From the IMG/VR virus record IMGVR_UViG_3300010361_000006: 45,489 nucleotides of DNA; one strand, given 5' to 3'. The position numbers and the translations under genes are program-made. Position 1 is the stretch's first letter. Each line of letters opens with the position of its first letter. Positions 7,715-16,930 of this stretch are shown here, piece by piece. The notes under the pieces were generated by a model. That model saw only the letters and a list, made by a program, of their open reading frames with translations, had not been told where the DNA came from and ran no database searches. This stretch comes from a virus.

Positions 7715-8100
7715 TGGCCGGATACGTCATGACTCTGCGTAATGCGCGGGCGCAGAAAATCTTGGATCAAATCGGTGCGACGGGTCAGCTTCAAATCATG
7801 GGCGGGACCCGTCCAGCTACAGGTGGCGCGGCGGCAGCGCCTCTTGGCGTACTTGCTCTCATGAATCCAGCGGGTACTCTTAGTAATGCAGTTATTACAT
7901 TTACGAAGCCGAACGATGCTCAGGCTACTGGCACCGGCACGGCGACGTGGGCAAGAGTGACCGATGGAACGAACCCTGTGACGGATCTATCCGTCAGCGA
8001 TACGAGTGGCAACGGTGAAGTCAAGCTGAATACGCTTGCGATTACGCCGGGGCTGTGGATGAGCGTGCAACAATTCTCTGTGACGGAAGGTAATCCGTGA
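7714..8100 (+). CDS. Hypothetical virion-module protein
   Basis: 128-aa ORF with a TAATG junction to the portal gene. It resembles by eye a conserved small phage protein family (..ARAQKILDQIG..L.I..GTRPA..) of unknown function. Confidence 0.6.
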   Translation: MAGYVMTLRNARAQKILDQIGATGQLQIMGGTRPATGGAAAAPLGVLALMNPAGTLSNAVITFTKPNDAQATGTGTATWARVTDGTNPVTDLSVSDTSGNGEVKLNTLAITPGLWMSVQQFSVTEGNP

Positions 8101-8684
8101 AGTCAGCTCTCTACGATCATGGCGTATACGATAATTCCCGTTATGATACGCTGGTCGCGGAGATCACTGGAAGTTGGACGAGTAACAACGATCCGTGGAG
8201 TGGGGGTATCTATGTATATGATCCGTTGTGGATCTCCTGGACAGCGGACGACGATTCCTGGGCTGGAACCGCTAGAATTTATAACGGGATCAATGCTATC
8301 TTCAATGATGGCGCTGATGCTTGGAACTGTGTTCTCGCTATACGTCCCGCTGATGTATCTTACTGGGATGACCAGCCCGATGTTTGGAAGAACACGACCT
8401 ACATTACACTCCATCCCCCGATCTACTCTGCGGGAGGGGGCTGGTGGATAAATGTCTGGGGTGATCGGTTACCGAATTGGAAGGAAAGGAGGGACAATCT
8501 TGAGAACGCGTATGCGGCGTGGCGGTACAAGGTCACGGGAGCGTGGACCTCGCAAGACTCTACATGGCGAGGTTCCATTGTCCTGGCCGACGTACAAGAA
8601 GACCGACTCCAGCAACAAATGAGGCTGATGTTCCATAAGTATGAGCCTGAGGACGAAGATGAGGATCTGCTATGGCTAATCTAA
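8097..8684 (+). CDS. Hypothetical Trp-rich repeat protein
   Basis: 195-aa ORF with a GTGA junction. Internal motif repeats GSWTSNNDPWSGGIYVY, WTADDDSWAGTARIY and GAWTSQDSTWRGSIVL. Confidence 0.6.
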   Translation: MKSALYDHGVYDNSRYDTLVAEITGSWTSNNDPWSGGIYVYDPLWISWTADDDSWAGTARIYNGINAIFNDGADAWNCVLAIRPADVSYWDDQPDVWKNTTYITLHPPIYSAGGGWWINVWGDRLPNWKERRDNLENAYAAWRYKVTGAWTSQDSTWRGSIVLADVQEDRLQQQMRLMFHKYEPEDEDEDLLWLI

Positions 8685-8953
8685 AGAAACCATGGTTTGA
8701 TAATGAGGGGAATATCATTCGTGATGGCGAAGATAGGACGATGGTGTGCGGCGATCTTCCAGACTTCGTCTCTCCCATTGATGGGACTATTGTACATGGT
8801 CGCGCTGGTCTCAGGGATCATTGCGCTCGTCACAATGTTGTTCCTACTGCGGACCTAGCGGGCCTCCCGTTCACCCCTCCGCAGCACAAGCCGGATAGCA
8901 AAGAGTTGAAGGAACGCATCAAACAAATCATGACTGCGAAAGGATATTACTGA
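8672..8953 (+). CDS. Hypothetical protein
   Basis: 93-aa ORF, tightly packed between neighbours. Confidence 0.55.
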   Translation: MANLKKPWFDNEGNIIRDGEDRTMVCGDLPDFVSPIDGTIVHGRAGLRDHCARHNVVPTADLAGLPFTPPQHKPDSKELKERIKQIMTAKGYY

Positions 8954-10080
8954 TGGGTGATACTCTCCGCGAAACCCTAGAGGCGGTTGTGGATCAAGCG
9001 GAATCCAATCCTGACCAACCGCTACAGCCAGTAGAACCGAAGTCCGATGCTCCTTCTGAGCCTACGGAGAAGGTTTCTGCTACCAGCACACCAGAGACTA
9101 GGTCTGAGTCTGTTCAAGAGCCTTCTCACGCTCCTGAGCTACCAAAGAAGGACCTACAGGCAGAGCAGCTTGCAGCGGCACAGGGAAAGAAGGCAGCGCC
9201 CCCTCCACCAGAGCAGAAAGTAGACCATGTGACTGAACGCGCGCCTACTAGTTGGACACAGGAGGCGAAGGGCGAATGGGCGAAACTTCCGCTCGGTGTG
9301 CGACAGGAAGTGTTGAAGCGGGAGAAGGAAATTACGGAGGCATTGGGCCAAAGCGCAGATGCGCGCAACCTGATGACTACGATGGACCAGATGGTCGCTC
9401 CGTACATCCCACGGATGCGTGCCAACAACGTTCATCCTCTCCAGGCGATCCGTAACCTGTTGGAAGTGGATAACCTGCTGGCGACTGCGCCACAGGCGCA
9501 ACGTGCGTCATTTCTGGCGAAGGCGATTAAAGACTATGGCATCGACATTAATGAGCTGGATTCTGCGCTCGCTGGACAGATCAAGGGTATCGCCAATCCT
9601 TCAGCTGGAATTAACGAGGCTGTACAGGCAGCAATTCAACCACTCCTACAGCCGATCCAGGATTGGCAGCGGGCGCAGGCCGCAGAGACTATCCGGACCC
9701 AGAATGAGGCGATCGCCAAAGTCCAGAAGATGGAGTTAGACCCACAATATGAGTTCTTCCAGGAAGTGAGGGATTACATGGCGGATATTGTGGAGATGCA
9801 AGCAAAACGCGGGCTTGCAATTACGCCAGAAGAAGCCTATACTCTTGCTATTCAAACACACCCGGAGATCAGCAAGATCGTTGCAGAACGCAGGGATCAG
9901 GACGCTGCGAGGACAGCCTTAACTCGCGGGACTGAAGCGGCTCAGCGGCTCCGTGGAGCTGCCGTGAGTGTCGGCTCATCAGTTCCTGTGGGAACACAGG
10001 CCCAGCCCAATGGAGCGATGAGTCTGCGGGACACGATTGAGGCTGCATTTACGGCTGTGGGAAGCGGGGGCAGAATCTAA
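8953..10080 (+). CDS. Scaffolding protein candidate
   Basis: 375 aa with an acidic, Ala/Gln/Glu-rich, predicted helical composition. It sits between the portal and the major capsid gene. Confidence 0.6.
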   Translation: MGDTLRETLEAVVDQAESNPDQPLQPVEPKSDAPSEPTEKVSATSTPETRSESVQEPSHAPELPKKDLQAEQLAAAQGKKAAPPPPEQKVDHVTERAPTSWTQEAKGEWAKLPLGVRQEVLKREKEITEALGQSADARNLMTTMDQMVAPYIPRMRANNVHPLQAIRNLLEVDNLLATAPQAQRASFLAKAIKDYGIDINELDSALAGQIKGIANPSAGINEAVQAAIQPLLQPIQDWQRAQAAETIRTQNEAIAKVQKMELDPQYEFFQEVRDYMADIVEMQAKRGLAITPEEAYTLAIQTHPEISKIVAERRDQDAARTALTRGTEAAQRLRGAAVSVGSSVPVGTQAQPNGAMSLRDTIEAAFTAVGSGGRI

Positions 10081-10183
10081 GGATCCACTGACCGCTTTCG
10101 TCAACTTCGCTGGCCGACGCTAGTCACGGGGCGAGGATGGCTAAGAAGGGGAGTTATATTCTTATCTATCCTCGGAGCCCATC

Positions 10184-11167
10184 ATGGCATTCCCGAATGC
10201 AGCGGTAAGTGACATTATCGCTACCACTATCCAGTCGCGGACTGGAACCATTGCAGACAACGTTACGAAGAACAACGCCCTGCTGACGCGCGTGCAGCAG
10301 CGTGGGAATATCAAGACGTTCTCCGGCGGTAACGTCATCTTGCAAGAGCTCAGCTTCCAAGAGAACGCGAATGCTTCCTGGTACAGCGGCTATGAAACGC
10401 TGCCGGTATCGGCGCAAGACGTGATCAGCGCAGCACAGTATGACATCAAGCAGGCCGCGTGCCCGATCACTATCTCCGGTCTGGAGCAACTCCAGAACGC
10501 AGGCAAAGAGCAGATCATTGACCTGATGGAGTCGCGCATCAACGTCGGTGAATCCACCATGAGCAATCTCGTCGCCGCTGGCGTATACAGCGATGGGACG
10601 GGCTATGGCGGCAAGCAGATTACTGGCCTGAAGTCACAGGTTGTCAAGGCACCGGCCACGGGCGTCGTAGGCGGGATTGATCGTGCTACATGGGTGTTCT
10701 GGCGCAACCAGACATTCAACGCAACGACCGATGGCGGCGCGGTGGCGGACAAGACTAACATCCAGGGTTATATGAATCAGCTCTGGTCGAAACTGGTCCG
10801 TGGGCAAGATCGTTGCGACCTGATCTTGACCGACAACGCCTACTGGAACATCTACATGCAGTCGCTGCAAGCCATTCAGCGCTTCACGACGACTGACGAT
10901 GCGAAACTGGGCTTTGTGTCCATCAAGTTCATGGATGCGGACGTGGTGCTGGATGGTGGCATTGGCGGCTTTATGCCGACCAAGACGATGTACTTCCTGA
11001 ACACGAAGTATATCTTCTTCCGCCCACACAGCGCACGCAACTTCGTCCCGCTCGCGCCGAACAAGCGGTATTCCGTCAACCAAGATGCTGAGGTGCAGAT
11101 CCTGGCATGGGCAGGCAACATGACCATGTCCGGCGGTCAGTTCCAAGGGATCCTCGTGGATAGTTAA
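10184..11167 (+). CDS. Major capsid protein (HK97-fold type)
   Basis: 327 aa after the scaffold gene. The N-terminus ..IIATTIQSRTGTIADNVTKNNALL..L..GGNVI and overall composition resemble podovirus major capsid proteins. This is the only ~35-kDa ORF in the head module. Confidence 0.8.
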   Translation: MAFPNAAVSDIIATTIQSRTGTIADNVTKNNALLTRVQQRGNIKTFSGGNVILQELSFQENANASWYSGYETLPVSAQDVISAAQYDIKQAACPITISGLEQLQNAGKEQIIDLMESRINVGESTMSNLVAAGVYSDGTGYGGKQITGLKSQVVKAPATGVVGGIDRATWVFWRNQTFNATTDGGAVADKTNIQGYMNQLWSKLVRGQDRCDLILTDNAYWNIYMQSLQAIQRFTTTDDAKLGFVSIKFMDADVVLDGGIGGFMPTKTMYFLNTKYIFFRPHSARNFVPLAPNKRYSVNQDAEVQILAWAGNMTMSGGQFQGILVDS

Positions 11168-11169
11168 TC

Positions 11170-11781
11170 ATGGCAAACAGCGCTGGAGTATCTGGCCCGT
11201 TCAATCCTGCTATCGGACTCGGTGGCAGTCTAGGCCCGCTGGTGATCGGCGTATCTCCAGCGAATCTGCCTGCGGCTATTGCCGGACCGCCCGCGTGGGG
11301 TCAAGCCGCGTTGGGTGAGTTCATTGGCGTCCAGTCCGCCAATACGGTGGAGTACAGCGACAATCCTCCGTCGGTGGACTTTGACTCTACATTCATCGTG
11401 GATGTGGTGAATAACTCTGCGGCTAAGGCTCAGTTCAGCTACCAGAACACGCAGACTTATTTCTATCACTTCGCAGCGGCGGCAGGCAGTAACGCGGCTC
11501 TAGTGGCGATGCCTGCACCGACTGCTGGTCCCGCTGGAACGCCGCAAACTTTAAATGCGACTGTGACTGATGCGAGTAGTGCATTGGTCGTAGGTGCAAC
11601 GGTCAACTTTACGATTGAAGGTGGCTCTGCGACTGGCAAGTCTCTGTCCGCTCCGTCTGCGGTGACTAATGCGTCCGGTGTTGCGTCTGTCACTGTGAAT
11701 GCGACCGGCCCGGGAACGGCGGATGTCCATGCGTCTTGTGGAGCTGCTACCCCGGCGGATACCACAGCAACCTTCCAATAG
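11170..11781 (+). CDS. Ig-like (Big_1-type) domain protein, capsid decoration candidate
   Basis: The C-terminal half, PQTLNATVTDASSALVVGATVNFTIEGGSATGKSLSAPSAVTNASGVASVTVNATGPGTADVHASCG, matches the bacterial Ig-like/invasin repeat pattern. It lies directly after the capsid gene. Confidence 0.65.
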   Translation: MANSAGVSGPFNPAIGLGGSLGPLVIGVSPANLPAAIAGPPAWGQAALGEFIGVQSANTVEYSDNPPSVDFDSTFIVDVVNNSAAKAQFSYQNTQTYFYHFAAAAGSNAALVAMPAPTAGPAGTPQTLNATVTDASSALVVGATVNFTIEGGSATGKSLSAPSAVTNASGVASVTVNATGPGTADVHASCGAATPADTTATFQ

Positions 11782-11789
11782 GAGTAATC

Positions 11790-12020
11790 ATGCAGCCTCT
11801 ACAAAACTCGATGGCGGGTGGACTAAATAGCAACCTCGGCAATCAGGGCAAGGAAAAGGAGGCCCCTCTGGGGGAGCAATTTCCCGATCCCGCTACTCAT
11901 GACGATGATCCTAGGTGGGGAACGAAGGATTCAACAAAGACAGGCGGAGCTCCTCCGCCTACAGATCCTCAACCGAATCCTGCCAAGTCCGCCCACGCCG
12001 CAAAAGGACATTCGCTATGA
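11790..12020 (+). CDS. Hypothetical Gly/Pro-rich small protein
   Basis: ATG 11790 is preceded by ggag. 76 aa. The stop overlaps the next start (ATGA). Confidence 0.45.
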   Translation: MQPLQNSMAGGLNSNLGNQGKEKEAPLGEQFPDPATHDDDPRWGTKDSTKTGGAPPPTDPQPNPAKSAHAAKGHSL

Positions 12021-12601
12021 GTGATGTGATGGTGTATGACGACCAGAATATGAACGAGGCTAACGTATGGGCAGCGGATAGCCGCCTATGGGTCCAGTTC
12101 TATTCTCGTGCCGTCCAGAACAAGTTCAAGTCAGATGAGTCTGGCCGTCCCATCTTCGATGAAATTCCATTCGTCAAGATTATCGTTCCTGGCGATAAGA
12201 ACCTCATCGTAGATACTCCAGCTATGGAGGAGCACAAGCATCGCTTCCCGAAGCAATGGGAACGGTACAAGAATGGGCAGAAGCAGTCGCTTGATGGAAC
12301 GCCGCTGGAAGCTGTCACTTGGCTTACTGTCGGTCAGGTCGCTGAATTCAAGGCACTTAATATCTGCACGGTTGAGCAATTGGCGGATGTTCCCGATCAG
12401 CTTGCTCAGCGCTTCATGGGCTGCTTCGAACTCAGGCGTAAGGCGCAGGCGTTCCTTGAAGCGGCGAAAGGTGAAGCGGCAACGTCTAAGCTCGCGGCTG
12501 AGCTGGATAAGCGGGATAAGGAGATTGAGGCTCTTAAAGCACAGATGGCGGAGCTCATTAAAGTCACTGGTCAGAAACAGGCGGCTAAGACAGCGGCATA
12601 G
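12017..12601 (+). CDS. Conserved phage virion-module protein, unknown function
   Basis: ATG 12017 lies in an ATGA overlap. 194 aa: MSDVMVYDD...GRPIFDEIPFVKIIVPGDKN..RFPKQWERYKNG...TVEQLADVPD, with a C-terminal coiled coil. I recognise this pattern from other podovirus head modules but cannot name the family. Confidence 0.6.
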   Translation: MSDVMVYDDQNMNEANVWAADSRLWVQFYSRAVQNKFKSDESGRPIFDEIPFVKIIVPGDKNLIVDTPAMEEHKHRFPKQWERYKNGQKQSLDGTPLEAVTWLTVGQVAEFKALNICTVEQLADVPDQLAQRFMGCFELRRKAQAFLEAAKGEAATSKLAAELDKRDKEIEALKAQMAELIKVTGQKQAAKTAA

Positions 12602-12603
12602 TC

Positions 12604-13365
12604 ATGGCTAACATAGACATCAGTTCTGCGTTGTTCGTCGTGAAGCAGGCCCAAGCGGAGTTGGGTCTGCCTCAGGCCGTCAGTCTGTTCAGTAGTCCGA
12701 CGGTGTTAGATGCGCAGTTTCTGGCGTTGTTGAATTCAGCTGGAGCAGAGCTACGGGAGTACTTCCCGTGGGAAAAGCTTACTAACGAGTGGATCCTCAC
12801 TACTCAGCAGAGTGTGGGGAGCTACCCGCTACCGGCGGATTTTGGGTACTTTGTTGATCAGTCCCAATGGGACCGGAGTAACCATTGGCCGCTACTGGGT
12901 CCCAAAAGTTCCCAGGAGTGGCAGTGGATCAAGGGGGGACTGATCAGCCAAGGACCTCGTCTCCGCTATCGTATTATGGGCGGGCAGTTTCAACTCTGGC
13001 CCGTCCCGGGCGATCCTAGCACGGGCACATATGTCCCGTGGACGCTGGCGATGGAGTATGTGTCCAACCAGTGGGTTCAGCAGTCTGCCGGTCCACCTCC
13101 CGTGAATGCGAACTTCATCACGGCAGACACGGATGTAATCCTGCTTCCCATCTGGTGTTGCATTAAGTTCTTGAAGCTCAAGTTTTGGGAAACGAAGGGG
13201 TTTGATACCACGGCATTCAGGGATGATTTCCTGAATGTGTTCACGTCCCGGACTGGGAAGGACATGGGTGCACCTACGCTTACCATGTCGCCCCGGCCCG
13301 CTTCCATCTACATCGGCCCGAATAACATCCCTGATGGTTCGTGGCCGGTTGGCTCAACGATATGA
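12604..13365 (+). CDS. Head-to-tail adaptor (tail tubular A-like) candidate
   Basis: 253 aa. Its position after the capsid genes and before a large tail ORF matches T7-like order. No motif was recognised. Confidence 0.4.
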   Translation: MANIDISSALFVVKQAQAELGLPQAVSLFSSPTVLDAQFLALLNSAGAELREYFPWEKLTNEWILTTQQSVGSYPLPADFGYFVDQSQWDRSNHWPLLGPKSSQEWQWIKGGLISQGPRLRYRIMGGQFQLWPVPGDPSTGTYVPWTLAMEYVSNQWVQQSAGPPPVNANFITADTDVILLPIWCCIKFLKLKFWETKGFDTTAFRDDFLNVFTSRTGKDMGAPTLTMSPRPASIYIGPNNIPDGSWPVGSTI

Positions 13366-15005
13366 GATTTGGAGATTCTGCTCTTGCGAATCCTTTGGGC
13401 GGGAATACACTCGGTGGTGTTAAAAACTTCGTCCAGAAGGTTGAAAACTCTACTACGCTGGCCGCTCCGGTCGGTGGGATTAATGCGCGCGATAGCATCG
13501 CCAACATGGATCCTACTGACGCTATCAAGCTAGAAAACTTCTTTCCTTACACGCTCGGCTGTCAGGTTCGTCAAGGCTACATGGTTCACACCTATGGCCT
13601 TCCCGGGCGAGTGGAGACGGTAGCCACCCATCTAACGGATCTTAACACAGAGTATCTACTCGCCTTCAGCAATGGAGGGTTGTATAACGTCACGGGTGGC
13701 GGCGCGGCTCCAGCCCCGCTACTGACTGGACTGACGAATAACCGTTGGCAATGGGTCAGCTTCGCCACGGCAGGCGGCGTCTTCTGGGTTGGTGTCAATG
13801 GGCAGGATAATCCCATTATCATTGATCACAATATGACCATCTCCCGTCTGGTGGCGGGCAATGGTACGGATCCATGGACCATTTCTGGGGCTGATCCTAA
13901 GACATTCACCAGCGTCTGTATCCACCAGATGCGGCTCTGGTTCGTAGCGTCCAACTCATCGGTAGGCTATTATCTGCCTCCGTCATCGCTCTATGGAGTC
14001 CTCAAGACCTACCCTTTTGGCTCATTGTTCAGAAAGGGTGGATGGCTTGTCTCACAAGCGAGCTGGACAGTAGACGCTGGTGACGGCCCGGATGACAGAT
14101 TGGTCACCATGTCCTCCGCTGGTGAGATCGTGGTGTACGCGGGCACCGATCCCTCCACGACAACGACATGGGGGCTATGCGGAGTGTTCTTCCTTGGGCG
14201 TCCCGTCGGTGTTCGGTGCATGGCGAAGTATGGCGGGGATATCGCTATCCTCTGCGATCAGGGGCTGGCGTCCCTCAATGCCATTCTCACCAGTACGACT
14301 GTCAATACGCGTACGAGCTTCTTCAGTGATAAGATTATGAATCTTATCCAGAGCGAGATACAGAACTGGGGTCCTCAGTTTGGCTGGCAACCGCTCGTGT
14401 ATCCTCAGCAGAACATGCTGATTTTGAACGTTCCAGATTCTAATTACCAGAACGGTCTCCAGCTTGTGATGAATACGATTACGAGCGCATGGACGACTTT
14501 TGCGGGCATGAATGCGCTGTGCTGGACGAACTATGGAGCTCAAATCTTTTATGGCACGGCTGATGGCCATGTGTATCAAGGACTCACAGGATTTCTGGAT
14601 GGATTTGACACATATCATTCTGTTGTTGGGACTGACATCAACGCCGTTGCAATAACCTCATTCAGCTATTTCCAGACTCCTGGTCAAAACAAAGACTTCA
14701 CCATGGTCCGGCCGACCTTGGTCGGCGTCAACAAGCCATCTGTCGCTCTCCAGGCGAACATGGCGTTTATCACCACTGATCCTCCAGATTGTCCCGTTGC
14801 TTCTACAGTCGGCTTTCCGACATGGGACGGAGCGAACTGGGACGTTACGGCATGGACGGGTAATAATCGCACATTCAACGATTGGTTTGGCGTCGGTGGG
14901 ATTGCCTATGCAGCGGCGCTGGCAATGCGCGTGAAGGCGAAGGATCAGGTCGCGTGGGCCAGTACAGACTGGGTCTTCCAGATCCAGAAGGGGACGGTGA
15001 TATGA
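13362..15005 (+). CDS. Tail nozzle/tubular B-like structural protein candidate
   Basis: ATG 13362 lies in an ATGA overlap; the ORF track gives GTG 13341. About 547 aa, Gly/Thr/Trp-rich with beta-type composition. The assignment rests on position only. Confidence 0.45.
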   Translation: MRFGDSALANPLGGNTLGGVKNFVQKVENSTTLAAPVGGINARDSIANMDPTDAIKLENFFPYTLGCQVRQGYMVHTYGLPGRVETVATHLTDLNTEYLLAFSNGGLYNVTGGGAAPAPLLTGLTNNRWQWVSFATAGGVFWVGVNGQDNPIIIDHNMTISRLVAGNGTDPWTISGADPKTFTSVCIHQMRLWFVASNSSVGYYLPPSSLYGVLKTYPFGSLFRKGGWLVSQASWTVDAGDGPDDRLVTMSSAGEIVVYAGTDPSTTTTWGLCGVFFLGRPVGVRCMAKYGGDIAILCDQGLASLNAILTSTTVNTRTSFFSDKIMNLIQSEIQNWGPQFGWQPLVYPQQNMLILNVPDSNYQNGLQLVMNTITSAWTTFAGMNALCWTNYGAQIFYGTADGHVYQGLTGFLDGFDTYHSVVGTDINAVAITSFSYFQTPGQNKDFTMVRPTLVGVNKPSVALQANMAFITTDPPDCPVASTVGFPTWDGANWDVTAWTGNNRTFNDWFGVGGIAYAAALAMRVKAKDQVAWASTDWVFQIQKGTVI

Positions 15006-15439
15006 TTGAGTTCGGCATGTCACACGATCTCGGGGAGATTATTGCGCGGGCAATATGGATTCCCTATGATCAAACCCACGACAATTGCCTAGGAGTCTTT
15101 AAGAACGGACGCCCGCAGGGTGGCATTGTATTTAACAACTACAATTATACAAACATTGATGTCCACTGGGGATCTGTGGAGGCGAAGGGGCATTGGCTCA
15201 CTCAGCGGGTGCTGTGGGCGATCGCAGACTACTGCTTCAATCAATTGGGTGTTCAGCGGATCACCGCATATGAGAAGAGCTGTGACACTCAACTGATTGC
15301 ACTAGTGGAGAAGATTGGATTCAAACTGGAAGCGACGCAGTTTGGTTATTATCCTGACGGTGACAGGCTCTGCTATGTGATGCGCAAGGATACCTGCCCG
15401 TGGCTCCGATACGGTGAGAGATATGGGCGGCGGGCCTAG
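15002..15439 (+). CDS. GNAT family N-acetyltransferase (RimJ/RimL-like)
   Basis: ATG 15002 lies in an ATGA overlap. 145 aa. AKGHWLTQRVLWAIADYCFNQLGVQRITAYEKSCDTQLIALVEKIGFKLEA matches the Acetyltransf_3 core (..yaF..lgl.Ri.a.v...N..S..l.eKlGF..EG). Confidence 0.75.
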   Translation: MIEFGMSHDLGEIIARAIWIPYDQTHDNCLGVFKNGRPQGGIVFNNYNYTNIDVHWGSVEAKGHWLTQRVLWAIADYCFNQLGVQRITAYEKSCDTQLIALVEKIGFKLEATQFGYYPDGDRLCYVMRKDTCPWLRYGERYGRRA

Positions 15440-16322
15440 TGCTCCTTCAGTACCCGACTATACACAGACTGCGACTCAACAGGCCAATCTGCAGAATCAG
15501 ATGATTCAGCAGCAGACGGCTGCGAATCGTCCTAACCAGATTAATCCGATGGGCTCCCAGACGTGGAGCCAGGATCCTACCACGGGTCAGTGGACGCAAT
15601 CTACGCAGTTCAGTCCTCAGACTCAAGGACTCTGGGATACCTACACAGGAAACATCGGTCAGCAAGGGAAGATGGCGACCGGCTTCCTCGGTGGTATCCA
15701 GGGAGCGAATCAGCAGTATGGCGGTACTGGGACACAGGGAGATATACTCAACCAAGCGCGCAATCTAGACCCAACGTCGGTCCAGAATGCGTACATGGCG
15801 CGGATGCAGCCTCAGCTTACTCAGCAGACGAATTCGTTGATGGCGGGGCTGGCGGCTCAAGGGATGACTCCTGGGAGTGACGCTTATAACCAAGCGGTGA
15901 TGTTGAACAATCAGAAGTTGAACGATGCGCAGAGCTCCGCTATCCTCAACTCCGGTACATGGGCGAATCAGCAGCAGCAGAACTTGAATGCACAGTTCCA
16001 GATGGCGGACGCCCTCCGTCAACAGCCGCTGTCTAACTACCAGAACTTGATGGCAGGGACGCAGGTCAATCAGCCTCAGTTCGGCAGCTTCACCAATGCA
16101 GCAGTGGGTCAAGCCCCAAACCTCACGGGCGCGGCTCAACAGACGTACCAAGATCAGCTTGCGAATTACAACGCAGCACAGGCCTCCGACACTGGCATTG
16201 GCTCAATGCTCGGCACTGTCGTGGGAGGCGTCGGCGGGTTCATGCTCGGTGGACCTATGGGAGCCATGGCCGGTAGTCAACTAGGCGGCGCGGCAGGCGG
16301 CGCGGCCGGGAAGCTATTCTGA
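15423..16322 (+). CDS. Internal virion/ejection protein candidate (Q/N-rich, Gly-zipper C-terminus)
   Basis: ATG 15423 follows ggtgagag. About 299 aa and very Q/N/T-rich. The C-terminus GSMLGTVVGGVGGFMLGGPMGAMAGSQLGGAAGGAAGKLF is a glycine-zipper membrane-type segment. Confidence 0.55.
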   Translation: MGGGPSAPSVPDYTQTATQQANLQNQMIQQQTAANRPNQINPMGSQTWSQDPTTGQWTQSTQFSPQTQGLWDTYTGNIGQQGKMATGFLGGIQGANQQYGGTGTQGDILNQARNLDPTSVQNAYMARMQPQLTQQTNSLMAGLAAQGMTPGSDAYNQAVMLNNQKLNDAQSSAILNSGTWANQQQQNLNAQFQMADALRQQPLSNYQNLMAGTQVNQPQFGSFTNAAVGQAPNLTGAAQQTYQDQLANYNAAQASDTGIGSMLGTVVGGVGGFMLGGPMGAMAGSQLGGAAGGAAGKLF

Positions 16323-16672
16323 TGATTACGAACCAAGGGGTAGGTCTCTATCCCATGCAGACGTATGGTAACGTCAATCCTCCCGGTGCAATGGCTCTGG
16401 CGCAAGCGCTTCGTAGTGGAAGCAGCAACAACGAGAATACAAGCCTCGCTGGTCAGCTGAGTGCGAAGGATATGGGCACGGCTATCGGCACGATTGGGAA
16501 TATGTGGCAGAATAGTCAGCCTGCGACGGATACCACGGCGCTGATGGGTCTGGGAGCGAATGGATCAATTAACGGAGCTAATAACTTCGGTAACTTCTAT
16601 ACGCCGTCCTCACCGTCCATGTTCACCATGCCGGGCGCAACCGCTGGTCCGTCCCCATTCACGATGACCTAG
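16322..16672 (+). CDS. Hypothetical virion-module protein
   Basis: 116-aa ORF with a TGATG junction. Confidence 0.55.
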   Translation: MITNQGVGLYPMQTYGNVNPPGAMALAQALRSGSSNNENTSLAGQLSAKDMGTAIGTIGNMWQNSQPATDTTALMGLGANGSINGANNFGNFYTPSSPSMFTMPGATAGPSPFTMT

Positions 16673-16678
16673 GAGGAA

Positions 16679-16930
16679 ATGATGGACGAAAAACAGATTT
16701 TGAATAGCATCCAAAGGCTGAACGGTAGTAACCCCCCGATTACGGAACAGGCTAAGAGAGTCACGAATCTCGAAGCCCGCATGCACGCAGCCGAAGAGCG
16801 TATCAGGCAACTGGAGCAGCACATCCATGACCTAGGAGACTATCATGCCTGGAAGTTGGGGGGACATCGTCAACGGATTCACTGGGAATACGGACGCTCT
16901 TCAGCCTCCGCCGCAGCAGGATCCCAATGA
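16679..16930 (+). CDS. Small coiled-coil protein
   Basis: AGGAGG lies 4-7 nt before ATG 16679/16682. 83 aa. The last 86 nt overlap the next gene out of frame. Confidence 0.5.
   Translation: MMDEKQILNSIQRLNGSNPPITEQAKRVTNLEARMHAAEERIRQLEQHIHDLGDYHAWKLGGHRQRIHWEYGRSSASAAAGSQ

Noticed and set aside
16830-16870. Programmed ribosomal frameshift fusing ORF 16679-16930 to the 618-aa internal protein near ttgggggga
   Set aside because: Going from the upstream frame to the downstream frame requires a +1 shift and there is no recognisable slippery heptamer. The downstream gene also has its own ATG and Shine-Dalgarno sequence.
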